IMG/VR virus record: IMGVR_UViG_3300013121_000007
Location: 1 to 64,000 of that record
Source of the DNA: a virus
Lineage: Duplodnaviria; Caudoviricetes
DNA length: 64,000 nucleotides
Direction: 5' to 3' (one strand)
Part shown: in pieces, positions 1 to 8,769 of the stretch
Layout: every line of letters starts with the position of its first letter
Numbering within the stretch: position 1 is the first letter of the stretch
The notes under the pieces: model-generated
What the model was told of the DNA's origin: nothing
The model's database searches: none
The model's input: only the letters and a program-made list of their open reading frames with translations
Position numbers and translations under genes: made by a program

Positions 1-1005
1 GTATCCAGAGTTTGTTGCTGGAACCGTGTAGGTAGTAGAGGGAGCCTTCCAGACATAGAAGTCTCCGTACTTTTCCATCTGCAGACCTGGAACTGGGTGT
101 CGGTAGGATATAAACCTCTTCAGCTTCTTGATCTTCGGCACAAGCTGCTCAAGTACATCCGAATACAAAAAGCTGACTCCAACGTCTGCTTCTACATCCT
201 CCGTGATTGCATCCCCTTCGATGATCGTGATTTTGTCTTCTAGTGCTGCATCTTTGACAGCACGTCTGGCAATCTCTACCTGAGTAGGGTCAATCTCTAC
301 GCCGATGGAAGTGCAGCCATAATCTTCTGCGGCTGCAATGAGCCAACGAGCATCGCCGCAACCGTAATCAACGAATCTGTCACCCGGTTTGAGTTGTGCG
401 TACTCAAGACCTTTGTAGACGTCTTTCAGCGGCGTCGGTGCTTTGGTGTTACCCTTCCTATAATTCGTACCAGTTGCTAGCCAAGCAAGAACGTAGGAGT
501 CCAGTAGACCCCGGTCCCAACGACGGACAACCTGTTCGTTGCTGTCTAGACCCACAAGACATGGCAGGATTTCATCCTGCAGACCAAGTCTTTCGACTTC
601 TGCCTTGTTGTCGTCATAGTCCAGAATCTGGATATGATCCGTTGCAGAGCTTCCGATTTTCCAGCCTTTTGACTGCAAGGCCTTAGTAGCGGAATTCAGA
701 TATTTTGACTTGAGCGCCACGCATTGACCGCACCAGACAGCACCAATGTATACTGCCCGACTCTTGTTGGTTATGAAATACTGATTGAAGAGTTCGTCTT
801 CTGACCCTGACTTGTTGAGCAGTTTGCTTGAAGTCGGCAATGACTCAATCACTGCGTCTGGAATGAGAGACGAGTAGTCTTCGCTAGTAACAGAGTCTGG
901 TGTGAGAGAAGTGTAGTCTTCACCAGCAAATGCGGCAGAGTACAGAGGTGAGATCAGTAGGAGTACCGCAACCCTACTTACGACGTCTCTTGCGAACTGT
1001 ACCAC
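1..1005 (-). CDS. Exported thioredoxin-like domain fused to class I SAM-dependent methyltransferase (partial, runs off left edge)
   Basis: Hand translation (not in ORF track): GTG at 1005 after AAGGAG RBS, open to base 1. Signal-peptide-like VAVLLLISPLYSAAFA; Trx motif YIGAVWCGQC; MTase motifs FVDYGCGDAR, GVEIDP, IEGDA. Confidence 0.8.
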   Translation of the reverse strand, partial: MVQFARDVVSRVAVLLLISPLYSAAFAGEDYTSLTPDSVTSEDYSSLIPDAVIESLPTSSKLLNKSGSEDELFNQYFITNKSRAVYIGAVWCGQCVALKSKYLNSATKALQSKGWKIGSSATDHIQILDYDDNKAEVERLGLQDEILPCLVGLDSNEQVVRRWDRGLLDSYVLAWLATGTNYRKGNTKAPTPLKDVYKGLEYAQLKPGDRFVDYGCGDARWLIAAAEDYGCTSIGVEIDPTQVEIARRAVKDAALEDKITIIEGDAITEDVEADVGVSFLYSDVLEQLVPKIKKLKRFISYRHPVPGLQMEKYGDFYVWKAPSTTYTVPATNSGY

Positions 1006-1855
1006 GACGACTCCTTGTAGTGGTGTGGGGAGGTGGAGCCAAGACAGCACGAATTGCGAAGGCCCACTGTGCTGACTGACTGATTAGACTCTCTGAGTCA
1101 AAGCCGAACCCGTAAGGTAGATGACCCAGCGCCGCACCCCATTCACCCCATGAATTGATGTAGGGCACAACATGCTGTCCGCGGCTTCCTCGCATCACTG
1201 TGGTGTAGCAGACGGAGTGACCCTGCCGACCAACAATGACTGGATACTGCTTACACAGCGCTGTCTTGATTCCGGCGACAGATCGGATGATGTCGCACTC
1301 GTAACCCTTGAACAGTGCAGCCGTACTCATCCAACCGCTCGGCCACTTACTGTAGAATCCCGTGGCCGGCATTACATGATCGCCGAATCTTGCTTGGTTT
1401 TCCGTAGTGTTCAGAGGTAGGAACCCTACAGACTGCAATTTATCCAGCGCGTCGCTGACCATCGCTCCTGAATTCGGACCGCTGCCAATCTGCTTATACA
1501 TTGAGATGGCACTCATCTGGATGACGTTCTCCAGACCATATTGAATGGCCTGAACAATCATGTCACCAGCAGTTGTTGCGTTTCCGACGCAACTACCCTC
1601 CTGTCCCTGATTTAGGACGTACTTCACAAGCCACTGGCACCCCGACTTGCCAGACTCCATTGCATCAATGGCCTCCTCAATTTCAGAGGGGGACATGATG
1701 CTCTCGCGTTCCTCAAAGACACCGAATCTGGCCTTTGACAATCCGACGCCTAAGTCGCCGAAGACATAGTGAGGCTGCTTCGTGAAGTCGAGGTCGAGAT
1801 AGCGCTCGTCGATATCTGTATACACATTACCCTCCATGTGCCTTGATGGTAGCAA
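974..1855 (-). CDS. Papain-like cysteine peptidase (C1 family)
   Basis: NQGQEGSCVGNA (Gln/Cys), GHSV (His) and INSWGEWG (Asn) catalytic motifs; true start probably slightly downstream of the ORF start. Confidence 0.85.
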   Translation of the reverse strand: MLPSRHMEGNVYTDIDERYLDLDFTKQPHYVFGDLGVGLSKARFGVFEERESIMSPSEIEEAIDAMESGKSGCQWLVKYVLNQGQEGSCVGNATTAGDMIVQAIQYGLENVIQMSAISMYKQIGSGPNSGAMVSDALDKLQSVGFLPLNTTENQARFGDHVMPATGFYSKWPSGWMSTAALFKGYECDIIRSVAGIKTALCKQYPVIVGRQGHSVCYTTVMRGSRGQHVVPYINSWGEWGAALGHLPYGFGFDSESLISQSAQWAFAIRAVLAPPPHTTTRSRRGTVRKRRRK

Positions 1856-2957
1856 TGACGCTATCCGCTGTGGCGTTTGCTGGCAGACTCTCTTTGTAGA
1901 GGACAGACTCAGTCTGTTGGTCTAGCAAGAACAGAACAGGCAAAGTCATAGACTGGTATGCAGATCGCAGCTTGTCTGAGATTTCAGATGATCCTGCATC
2001 GTCATCAGAGAACGTCAGCCAATGACCCTTACTGGAAAGGTAGTCTGCTGCAGGTCCGCTACGCAGTCCAGTTCTCATTCTTCCAAAGGCTGCAGATGAA
2101 TCTGCTGTCTCATAGATGATGACTACGTACTTCTTCCCCTCTACTGTAGGGTCCGGTACTGCAGTAAGCCCCTGACGAATACCCTCTGCGATCTCCAACC
2201 ACACTGCCGCATGTTGTGCAGTAGTAGTGAGTCTTCCGTCAGTCGACATCTGATTGAGCAGAGGCGTCAGACTTGTACTCAGAATGCTGGTCCACTGACT
2301 TAGCGCAGTAGCGTCACTACCAATAGCAGACTGAGAACGACTCTTCGTATCAGCCTTGATGTCCGCTATCGTAGTCAATTTTCCAGAGGTGATGTCTTCA
2401 GCAACGACCGTATAAGCAGCCGCTAGAGACGTAAATGACGCAACTGTGTTTGCAGTTACTGTATTCTTGACGGCATTTTTCACCGTCTCCACAACTGTCG
2501 ATAGTGGTGGAGGAGGTGGGGGTGGAGGGGGTGGAGGCGTTGGATCGCCGCCAATAGAGAACGTTAGAAGCTCCTTAGACCTCTCATCGTTCTCAACAGC
2601 CTGAACAAGGACGATATACTTGTCACCCGCTCTGGAGGGTAGAACAAGTAACTTCCCACCCTCATACAAGAACCTCAAAGAGGGGTCGTCATTGCGAGGG
2701 GCTGGCCACGAAACGGAGCCTCCCAGAGCCGTAACAGCAGTCTCAATCTTCTTCCGCTCGACTGAGTCATCATCCGTCGTCTGGTTTGACACGATGACAT
2801 CAAACCAGACGACAGCTTCTGTCTCAGTTGCGTCGATGATGAGCGGATCGCCTGGAACTTTTGGTTCTGTCGCATCGACAACCAACAGAGGAGGCTCTGC
2901 GAAAGCCGCTGTTGACAGAAAGACCAGAAGTAGCAGGGTGCGGTAGATTGTGTACAT
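1827..2957 (-). CDS. Exported protein with poly-Pro linker and possible degenerate thioredoxin-like C-terminal fold
   Basis: Signal peptide LLLLVFLSTAAFA; PTPPPPPPPPPPPP linker; C-terminal VVIIYET...LPVLFLLD. Confidence 0.6.
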   Translation of the reverse strand: MYTIYRTLLLLVFLSTAAFAEPPLLVVDATEPKVPGDPLIIDATETEAVVWFDVIVSNQTTDDDSVERKKIETAVTALGGSVSWPAPRNDDPSLRFLYEGGKLLVLPSRAGDKYIVLVQAVENDERSKELLTFSIGGDPTPPPPPPPPPPPLSTVVETVKNAVKNTVTANTVASFTSLAAAYTVVAEDITSGKLTTIADIKADTKSRSQSAIGSDATALSQWTSILSTSLTPLLNQMSTDGRLTTTAQHAAVWLEIAEGIRQGLTAVPDPTVEGKKYVVIIYETADSSAAFGRMRTGLRSGPAADYLSSKGHWLTFSDDDAGSSEISDKLRSAYQSMTLPVLFLLDQQTESVLYKESLPANATADSVIATIKAHGG

Positions 2958-3367
2958 CAGATCAAGTCACTGTAGTCGTCAACTGGGAAGTCTTGATTGA
3001 ACTCACGCGCAGCCGCCATTGTGAGCTTCGGATCGTTTCGACAGGTCTGTCCAATCCCATCGAAGAGGGCAGACTTGTCCGAAGCCAACATGCGACCGTG
3101 GCCCTGTTGATATCGGTCTCTCGCGACTCTCTTGATTGCGAGTCGTCGGGCAGCCTGCGCTCTGCTGCCATCCTCTGCGAGCGCCGCTTCCACTTCAGCG
3201 TCAGACGCTTTGTTGAAGCACGTCGACAGAAAGTTCGTCAAGATCGGAATGATCGCAGCGAGAATCTCCTTGAAGAGGTCCCCGATACCTGCGCTGAAAC
3301 CAGCGTCTGCACAATTCTTTCCGCAGACTGACTCGAACTCGTGGTATTTCTCTCCCATGCGTGGCAT
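2957..3367 (-). CDS. Small hypothetical protein with one hydrophobic helix (possibly holin-like)
   Basis: ILAAIIPILTNFLSTC segment; first gene after predicted promoter; stop overlaps next start. Confidence 0.5.
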   Translation of the reverse strand: MPRMGEKYHEFESVCGKNCADAGFSAGIGDLFKEILAAIIPILTNFLSTCFNKASDAEVEAALAEDGSRAQAARRLAIKRVARDRYQQGHGRMLASDKSALFDGIGQTCRNDPKLTMAAAREFNQDFPVDDYSDLI

Positions 3368-3424
3368 AGCTCACCCTTGATAAAGCGTTTTGTGTCTGAC
3401 TCACAACTCAATAGCTTGAGTTAG

Positions 3425-3453
3425 ATTATGCACCCTCTCAACTGCTAATGCAA
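3425..3453 (-). promoter_or_regulatory. Sigma70-like promoter for the 3367->1 operon
   Basis: Minus strand TTGCAT-17 nt-CATAAT. Confidence 0.55.
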
Positions 3454-3530
3454 CCCCAAGGGCATCTACACAACAGCACAGTAGATAGCGGCCCGCCAGT
3501 CTTCGCAGTAGGTAGCAGCCAGTGTGGCCT

Positions 3531-3569
3531 GAAAACACCAGACCTCCGGAGGGATGCTCCGGAGGTCTG
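3531..3569 (-). terminator. Intrinsic terminator-like hairpin
   Basis: CAGACCTCCGGAG-ggatg-CTCCGGAGGTCTG perfect 13-bp stem (3539-3569), then a short T run on the minus strand. Confidence 0.6.
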
Positions 3570-3605
3570 TGCTCTCTCCAAGGCTCTTGCTACCGATCCC
3601 GGTCA
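3531..3605 (-). ncRNA. Candidate ~75-nt small RNA
   Basis: Bracketed by own TTGACA-17-TAGATT promoter and a 13-bp hairpin followed by GTGTTTTC; no ORF; the downstream operon has a separate promoter. Confidence 0.4.
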
Positions 3606-3611
3606 GAGGTG

Positions 3612-3640
3612 AATCTACAGGTCAAGAAACAGTGTGTCAA
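3612..3640 (-). promoter_or_regulatory. Sigma70-like promoter
   Basis: Minus strand TTGACA-17 nt-TAGATT. Confidence 0.6.
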
Positions 3641-3651
3641 CAGACTTTCGT

Positions 3652-3694
3652 AAAAAAGATGGAACCCCGGATGCTGGCGGGCATCCGGGGTTCC
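3652..3694 (-). terminator. Rho-independent terminator ending the long structural/modification operon
   Basis: GGAACCCCGGATGC-6 nt-GCATCCGGGGTTCC 14-bp stem, followed on the minus strand by ATCTTTTTT. Confidence 0.8.
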
Positions 3695-3750
3695 GGCTCA
3701 ACAGACAGTGCGGGTAGACCTGCGGATTGGTCCACTGTCCGGAGCGTGCA

Positions 3751-4326
3751 CTAGAAAATCACAGTGTGTCTGAACTCGAAAACGAAGTCTTGTGTTTTTG
3801 GCAACCCAGGAAACGTTCTGTGTGCAATGAGCGTGTTATCCGCGCAGATCAGACCTTCTTCTGTGATTGTGAATCCGTTAGCTTCAGCTTCCAGAATGAA
3901 AGCAATCATGCGGACCGACGTACTTGTCGGAAACTCGAAGGTTGTGAAGTTCTTCACCAGGACTTGCGCTTCTAGTGCCGTGTCGGTCTCTGCTGGAGAA
4001 ATTGGAGTAGACGGGTCCCCGACAGCGTGGCCTCCTGTACCCCAAGCCATCTTGTTCACGAATCTTGTGGAGGTTTCGTGACCAACCAGCATGTGAGAGA
4101 GTTGAGTCTTGATTCTGTTCGTGACGATATTCCCGCCGTACAGAACGTCTTCCACTTTCCCGTTTGGAAGCCACATCTGATAGGGTTTCCCATCAGACCC
4201 CACAAAAGACCGCAGCCCGCGAGACCCCGCTCTACGGACAAGACACTCAACGTCTCCTATTGGAGATCGTGAGTCCCCTCTTCCGGGGTAGGCATGGTCA
4301 GTGAATCGAAAATTTCTTGGGGTCAT
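3751..4326 (-). CDS. Tail-collar/baseplate fibre-attachment-like protein
   Basis: NIVTN...MAWGTGG...ETDTALE...EAEANGFTITEEGL...LIAHRTF..LPKT pattern typical of myophage tail-collar proteins. Confidence 0.7.
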   Translation of the reverse strand: MTPRNFRFTDHAYPGRGDSRSPIGDVECLVRRAGSRGLRSFVGSDGKPYQMWLPNGKVEDVLYGGNIVTNRIKTQLSHMLVGHETSTRFVNKMAWGTGGHAVGDPSTPISPAETDTALEAQVLVKNFTTFEFPTSTSVRMIAFILEAEANGFTITEEGLICADNTLIAHRTFPGLPKTQDFVFEFRHTVIF

Positions 4327-4328
4327 GA

Positions 4329-5180
4329 TTACCTCTTTTGACGACTCTCAACCACAATCTGACTTCCAGGAGATGGAAGTTTCACTGGAATCTTCGACCT
4401 CATGTTCATGCGCCAGGCATACCCAGAGAGGTTGCGAGTTCTTATAGCAACCCGCAGTTCTTCCGTCAAAAACGGCGGAACATCTACAATCTTACCACTC
4501 TTGTGGTCTTTGGCGTATAGAGGTTCCCAGGATGGAGTGAACCCAAAAATTGTGCTCTCCACATTTCCAGTGTGCTGACAGTGGTAGGGGTTCGTCCAAC
4601 GAATGAACATCTTGTATCCCGCTTCCTTGAGCATACCCCAGAAGACTGAGTTCGCCTTTTCTCCATTCGTCTGGTTTTTATAGGGATTCCCGATGTTTTG
4701 CATCAACTCCCTGGAAACCACAAAACAAGCCCCACCAATCTTCGATACAGTTGCGAAGTGTTCGTGGTCTTTTTCCCACTTGGCCCAAGGGTTCGCGTAA
4801 ACGTGAACAATGCCTTGCCTGTTCAGAGGCCCCTCAAAATCAGCTACAGCCTCTTGAATAGTCTGGTTGCCGATCAGAATGTCGTCATCCAGATGAAACC
4901 AGTGAGTGAATCGGTTTTCTCTCAACAATCGGTCAACCAGCAACTCACGGCCGGCGCAGAATCCGATACGTTTCGGTAATGCCTCATAACGATGAATCAG
5001 GCCTCGCAGTTGGAGGTCCTGAAACAGGTGCTGCTTTGCCTCGCGTAATCCGTCGTCTGAAGCATCGTCAAGCACATGGATGAAACATCCTTTGTGCTGA
5101 ACGTTTGCTACCGCTATCGCAGTCATGGCTGAATGCCAAAACCGATTTCTGGTTGTAATCGTGACGTACACCATCAGCAA
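4329..5180 (-). CDS. Glycosyltransferase, GT-A fold (GT2-like)
   Basis: IHVLDDASDD, FHLDDD (DxD), GGACFVV, QHTG motifs. Confidence 0.75.
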   Translation of the reverse strand: MLMVYVTITTRNRFWHSAMTAIAVANVQHKGCFIHVLDDASDDGLREAKQHLFQDLQLRGLIHRYEALPKRIGFCAGRELLVDRLLRENRFTHWFHLDDDILIGNQTIQEAVADFEGPLNRQGIVHVYANPWAKWEKDHEHFATVSKIGGACFVVSRELMQNIGNPYKNQTNGEKANSVFWGMLKEAGYKMFIRWTNPYHCQHTGNVESTIFGFTPSWEPLYAKDHKSGKIVDVPPFLTEELRVAIRTRNLSGYAWRMNMRSKIPVKLPSPGSQIVVESRQKR

Positions 5181-5193
5181 TAGACTCCCTCAA

Positions 5194-5838
5194 TCACAGC
5201 AAGCCACCACGCTCAACAACTATAATTGAGTTGGCCCAAGGCTTTGGATGAACACCGTATTGACGAAGATTCGTATCTGGAATCCACGTTTCATCCATTC
5301 TTCGGGTAAGCGTGAACAGCCGAAACTCACTCGAATCCTTCAAGTCAAGCAAGAACGATTCGAGTTGAGCGTATGCCGGGTTGGTACTCCATCCGTAAGG
5401 GACTGTTACCAGGAAGTTCTCAGCTTCGTCAATGATCTTCTGCATCGCTGACATTGGAGTCGCGAGTTCGGAAAGACCATACCGTCGTTCACCAATATGC
5501 TCCAGAGTAGAAATTGAAAGAACGTGACATCCGCGAAGAGTGGTGTTGAACACTGATTCTCTGTACGTCGCTTTTGTGTCTATTGGATCAACAACTATGT
5601 CAACACCCTCATACCTCCAGTAGTAGGGTGTCACTGCACCAACCTCTACGACAACCTTGGGTGAGCAGTCACGAAGTGTGTTGAGCCAGTGCCTTGCAAT
5701 CGGTATCTCAACCGTCCTTTCGGTGCGCCGTGCAGAATTTCTCCGCCCGCAGTTGTGACTATGGTACAGGTACGGCAAGACCTTACCATCTTTCTTGTAG
5801 GTAAACGTGTCAGCATCCATAAGGAATGAACCTCCCAC
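5194..5838 (-). CDS. SAM-dependent methyltransferase-like protein
   Basis: ERTVEIPIA, VVEVGAV, SISTLEHIG, LVTVPYG motifs. Confidence 0.6.
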   Translation of the reverse strand: MGGSFLMDADTFTYKKDGKVLPYLYHSHNCGRRNSARRTERTVEIPIARHWLNTLRDCSPKVVVEVGAVTPYYWRYEGVDIVVDPIDTKATYRESVFNTTLRGCHVLSISTLEHIGERRYGLSELATPMSAMQKIIDEAENFLVTVPYGWSTNPAYAQLESFLLDLKDSSEFRLFTLTRRMDETWIPDTNLRQYGVHPKPWANSIIVVERGGLL

Positions 5839-6571
5839 AATTCATGGATTCAAAAATCGTCTGCAGTTCTGCGGAAGCGACACTCCACGGGTCTTCTGGG
5901 AACCGCAAAGAACGAATGACTGTGAGCAACCCGTCTATCGACCCGTCATAGTGAATGCAGGGGTATTCCCAGCACCAGCCGACATCAGGTGCAATTATCG
6001 GTACTCCAGCAGCAACAGCTTCTAAGACTGAGTAAGGACCACCTTCTGTGTCACTGGTCACTACAAGGTAGTCTAGTTCCTGAAACCAAACTAGCATCTC
6101 AGATTGACTGAGGTTCCCGCCACTGACGCGAACCTCAACCCCTGAAACCTTCTGCATCGCGCTCACTTTGTCAGGACATTTCCTGCGACTCATCTTCGCG
6201 GCTATGCCAAGCACAAGAGTCTTCTTCACGAATGCAGCGTCAGGTGCACCACCCCAAATTGCTGTCTTGCTTGGTGGGCAGTCTTGCGCTGTCTTTCGAC
6301 TCATCGCGATACAATAGTCGGACAACCTTGTCGCTTCAAAGAATCTTGCTCGACGCCAGCCTCCGTCATCGGTAAGGGAAGGCAGATGAGTCATCCAAGG
6401 TACATTCAGTGTCCCCTTTGATCGTTGACGAAACCCTTGGTAGGAAACGTAGAAGTTGATGTCAGCCGTATTGTCAGCAGAGAGTCCTACAGTTATACCC
6501 GGAATGCGGATTGAGTGAGATATCCGCTTCAGAATCCAAGTATCTTCACTTTTGACTACGTGCACTCTCAT
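5810..6571 (-). CDS. Glycosyltransferase, GT-B fold (GT4-like)
   Basis: TSDTEGGPYSVLEAVAAGVPII (Ex7E motif). Confidence 0.8.
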   Translation of the reverse strand: MRVHVVKSEDTWILKRISHSIRIPGITVGLSADNTADINFYVSYQGFRQRSKGTLNVPWMTHLPSLTDDGGWRRARFFEATRLSDYCIAMSRKTAQDCPPSKTAIWGGAPDAAFVKKTLVLGIAAKMSRRKCPDKVSAMQKVSGVEVRVSGGNLSQSEMLVWFQELDYLVVTSDTEGGPYSVLEAVAAGVPIIAPDVGWCWEYPCIHYDGSIDGLLTVIRSLRFPEDPWSVASAELQTIFESMNCGRFIPYGC

Positions 6572-7530
6572 CGTTTCATTTCCAGGCTTTCAGTTACAGC
6601 TTGTACCCATCGGTCAGCAAACTGCTTGTACCCATAGGCTTCAGCAACTCTCCTATTTCTTATTCGCTGCCTCTCCAATTCATCAGGGCTGTTCAGTAAA
6701 CGCTTGATCGCTGACACTAGAACATCATCTGAGTCTTTAGCACTCACAACATTTATACATCCCCTGATGTCATCAGGTGGTGAGTTTGGCATATCACCAA
6801 CAATGACGCACCCTGCAGCCATTGACTCAAAATACTTCCGAAGAGTTAGTGGGATGTAGGGACACGTTGAGACTATTGAAATCTTAGATGACATCAAAGA
6901 TGCAGCGTACTGACGCTGCTCTTTGAAGACAGACTCGATTCTTGGCAATCGGTATCCAGGTGTTTGTCTGATTCGACCCACAATACGTCCGCGAGACATC
7001 AGTCTGCTGTATCGGACTCTCAGAGGGTAGACTTTCGGGTTTCTATTTCCAGTTAGGATGACTGGAATATGTCTTTCATGCATGAACCTGTCATGGTTGG
7101 TGTACAGTTCCAAATTGACTGCAAGTGGTAAGTAGACTGAACGTATTCCACCGCCTTGAAAAAACTGTCTATCCCAATGATCGTGGTAGAACAGAAGATC
7201 AAGGCCGGCACGTTTTGCCTCTAGGACTCCGTTACGTGGATCGTCTTGGTAGGCAGATACCTTCAATTGTCGAAGTCGACCTTCACCGCCGATAATGCCT
7301 GGAAACTCTGCAATACCAAATGGCCTCCACAGATACACTACATCTGCCGTAGGCATCAGGTTCTCGACATTCGATCGCAGACTGGCTTTCTGATCCCAGT
7401 TACTCCAGCCAGTACCTGTAGTTTCAATCCGAACGTCCGGATGGTTTCTAAGCGCGTTGTACTGTTCTGGCCAAAATGGTGGGCATTTACTTTCCCACCA
7501 GAGCTTGTTTATGACCAGCAGAACATTCAT
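6568..7530 (-). CDS. Glycosyltransferase, GT-B fold (CgeB/Glyco_trans_1_2-like)
   Basis: YLPLAV, YPLR, YAASLMSSKISI, KYFESMAAGCVIV. Confidence 0.75.
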   Translation of the reverse strand: MNVLLVINKLWWESKCPPFWPEQYNALRNHPDVRIETTGTGWSNWDQKASLRSNVENLMPTADVVYLWRPFGIAEFPGIIGGEGRLRQLKVSAYQDDPRNGVLEAKRAGLDLLFYHDHWDRQFFQGGGIRSVYLPLAVNLELYTNHDRFMHERHIPVILTGNRNPKVYPLRVRYSRLMSRGRIVGRIRQTPGYRLPRIESVFKEQRQYAASLMSSKISIVSTCPYIPLTLRKYFESMAAGCVIVGDMPNSPPDDIRGCINVVSAKDSDDVLVSAIKRLLNSPDELERQRIRNRRVAEAYGYKQFADRWVQAVTESLEMKR

Positions 7531-8228
7531 CTCTTCGGCATCCCTACAAAGTCACCAACGTTCTTGCGCAACCTCTTGAGTCTGTTGTAGAAGCCCAGAC
7601 TCTGAAAGAAGTTCCTCACTTCTACAAATGAATCTCCTTGTTCCTCAAGAAGTCTTTGACAACCCTCAACAAAGACCACTGGACGCCAAAGTCGAATTGT
7701 GCCGATACCACCCTTTAGTACCTGTAGCTCAGTCCCCTGAGTATCCACCTTCAGCACACCGACGTTCTTGAATCCGTAACTGTCAATCCTGTTTTGGTTG
7801 ACGTACAGAGAATCCTCTTCCGGTTGTTGTAGTACCTTGGAAAGACCACCAAGGTTGGTTTTACCCCTAAATGAGAGGTCACTGAAGTTTTGCATCCTCA
7901 CTGTACGCTGACTGCCATCCCCAAGCGCTGAAGTATAGACAGTCACATTTGTGAGACCGTGGAGCTTGATATTCCACTGCAATAGTTCCGCGAACTCTGG
8001 GTAAGGCTCAAAAGCGTGAACATGAGAAAATCGCTTCGCCGCGAAAACAGTATGAGTCCCGATATACGCACCGGCATCTATATAGGAACGGCTGCGATCT
8101 GCACAACCAGCGACGGCATCGAGAACCCAAGGTTCCCACCTCTGGCCTGATAGAAGAATCTGCCCAATGTAGTCCTCGTCATAGACGTAGAACTTTCCGT
8201 CCGGAGTATCCGCAAGAACGACCTTCAT
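7527..8228 (-). CDS. FkbM-family methyltransferase
   Basis: IDAGAYIGTHT, VHAFEP, LKVDTQGTELQVLKG, RPVVFVE. Confidence 0.9.
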   Translation of the reverse strand: MKVVLADTPDGKFYVYDEDYIGQILLSGQRWEPWVLDAVAGCADRSRSYIDAGAYIGTHTVFAAKRFSHVHAFEPYPEFAELLQWNIKLHGLTNVTVYTSALGDGSQRTVRMQNFSDLSFRGKTNLGGLSKVLQQPEEDSLYVNQNRIDSYGFKNVGVLKVDTQGTELQVLKGGIGTIRLWRPVVFVEGCQRLLEEQGDSFVEVRNFFQSLGFYNRLKRLRKNVGDFVGMPKR

Positions 8229-8231
8229 TGG

Positions 8232-8759
8232 TCAGGCTCTTACAAATGATCCGAATGCCGGACCATTGGGAGAGAAGATGTCTTGTGGGGCGAAGTACGA
8301 GTCGCCCGACTTTAGAGCTTTCCGAGTACATGCATAAGGTTCTCGACCTGAGTCTGACAACCAGACAATTTCTGGGAAGGTGAAATCCTTATCCATACTC
8401 AGTGAACGAATGTCTACACATTCAATAGAGTAGTATCCTCCCTCTTTGTATGTTGGTGCAGACGTAGCCAGAAACAGTTCTTGGTCTGCGTATAAGACGA
8501 ATGTACCGTCATCCTCCAGCATGACAAATTCGTCGCCCGGTCGTAAGTCTTTCATTCTGGTGCAAGACCACCAACCAATGTCATTATCTGACATGCCTGC
8601 CGGATGATCTCCGTAGTACGGCTTTCTTACGTAGACGGATCGTAACGTGTTATCCGCTGATGGTGCACCTAACTTGTTACGGCGTAAGAACACCCCAACA
8701 ACCGGCAGGCTGCCCAACACCGCATACATCAAGCGAAGAATGAAGTTTCGACGGTACAT
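8232..8759 (-). CDS. Hypothetical protein, N-terminal twin-Arg/membrane anchor
   Basis: MYRRNFI followed by a hydrophobic stretch; internal repeat CTRMKDLRPGDEF / CTRKALKSGDSYF. Confidence 0.5.
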   Translation of the reverse strand: MYRRNFILRLMYAVLGSLPVVGVFLRRNKLGAPSADNTLRSVYVRKPYYGDHPAGMSDNDIGWWSCTRMKDLRPGDEFVMLEDDGTFVLYADQELFLATSAPTYKEGGYYSIECVDIRSLSMDKDFTFPEIVWLSDSGREPYACTRKALKSGDSYFAPQDIFSPNGPAFGSFVRA

Positions 8760-8769
8760 GTTGTGTTCT

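Noticed and set aside
396-686. Plus-strand 96-aa ORF
   Set aside because: Antisense to the Trx-methyltransferase gene that occupies 1-1005.
2960-2971. Partial match (gatcaagtcac) to the GGTGANTTGATCC motif
   Set aside because: Single 11/13 copy within coding sequence without the 24-nt partner; likely chance.
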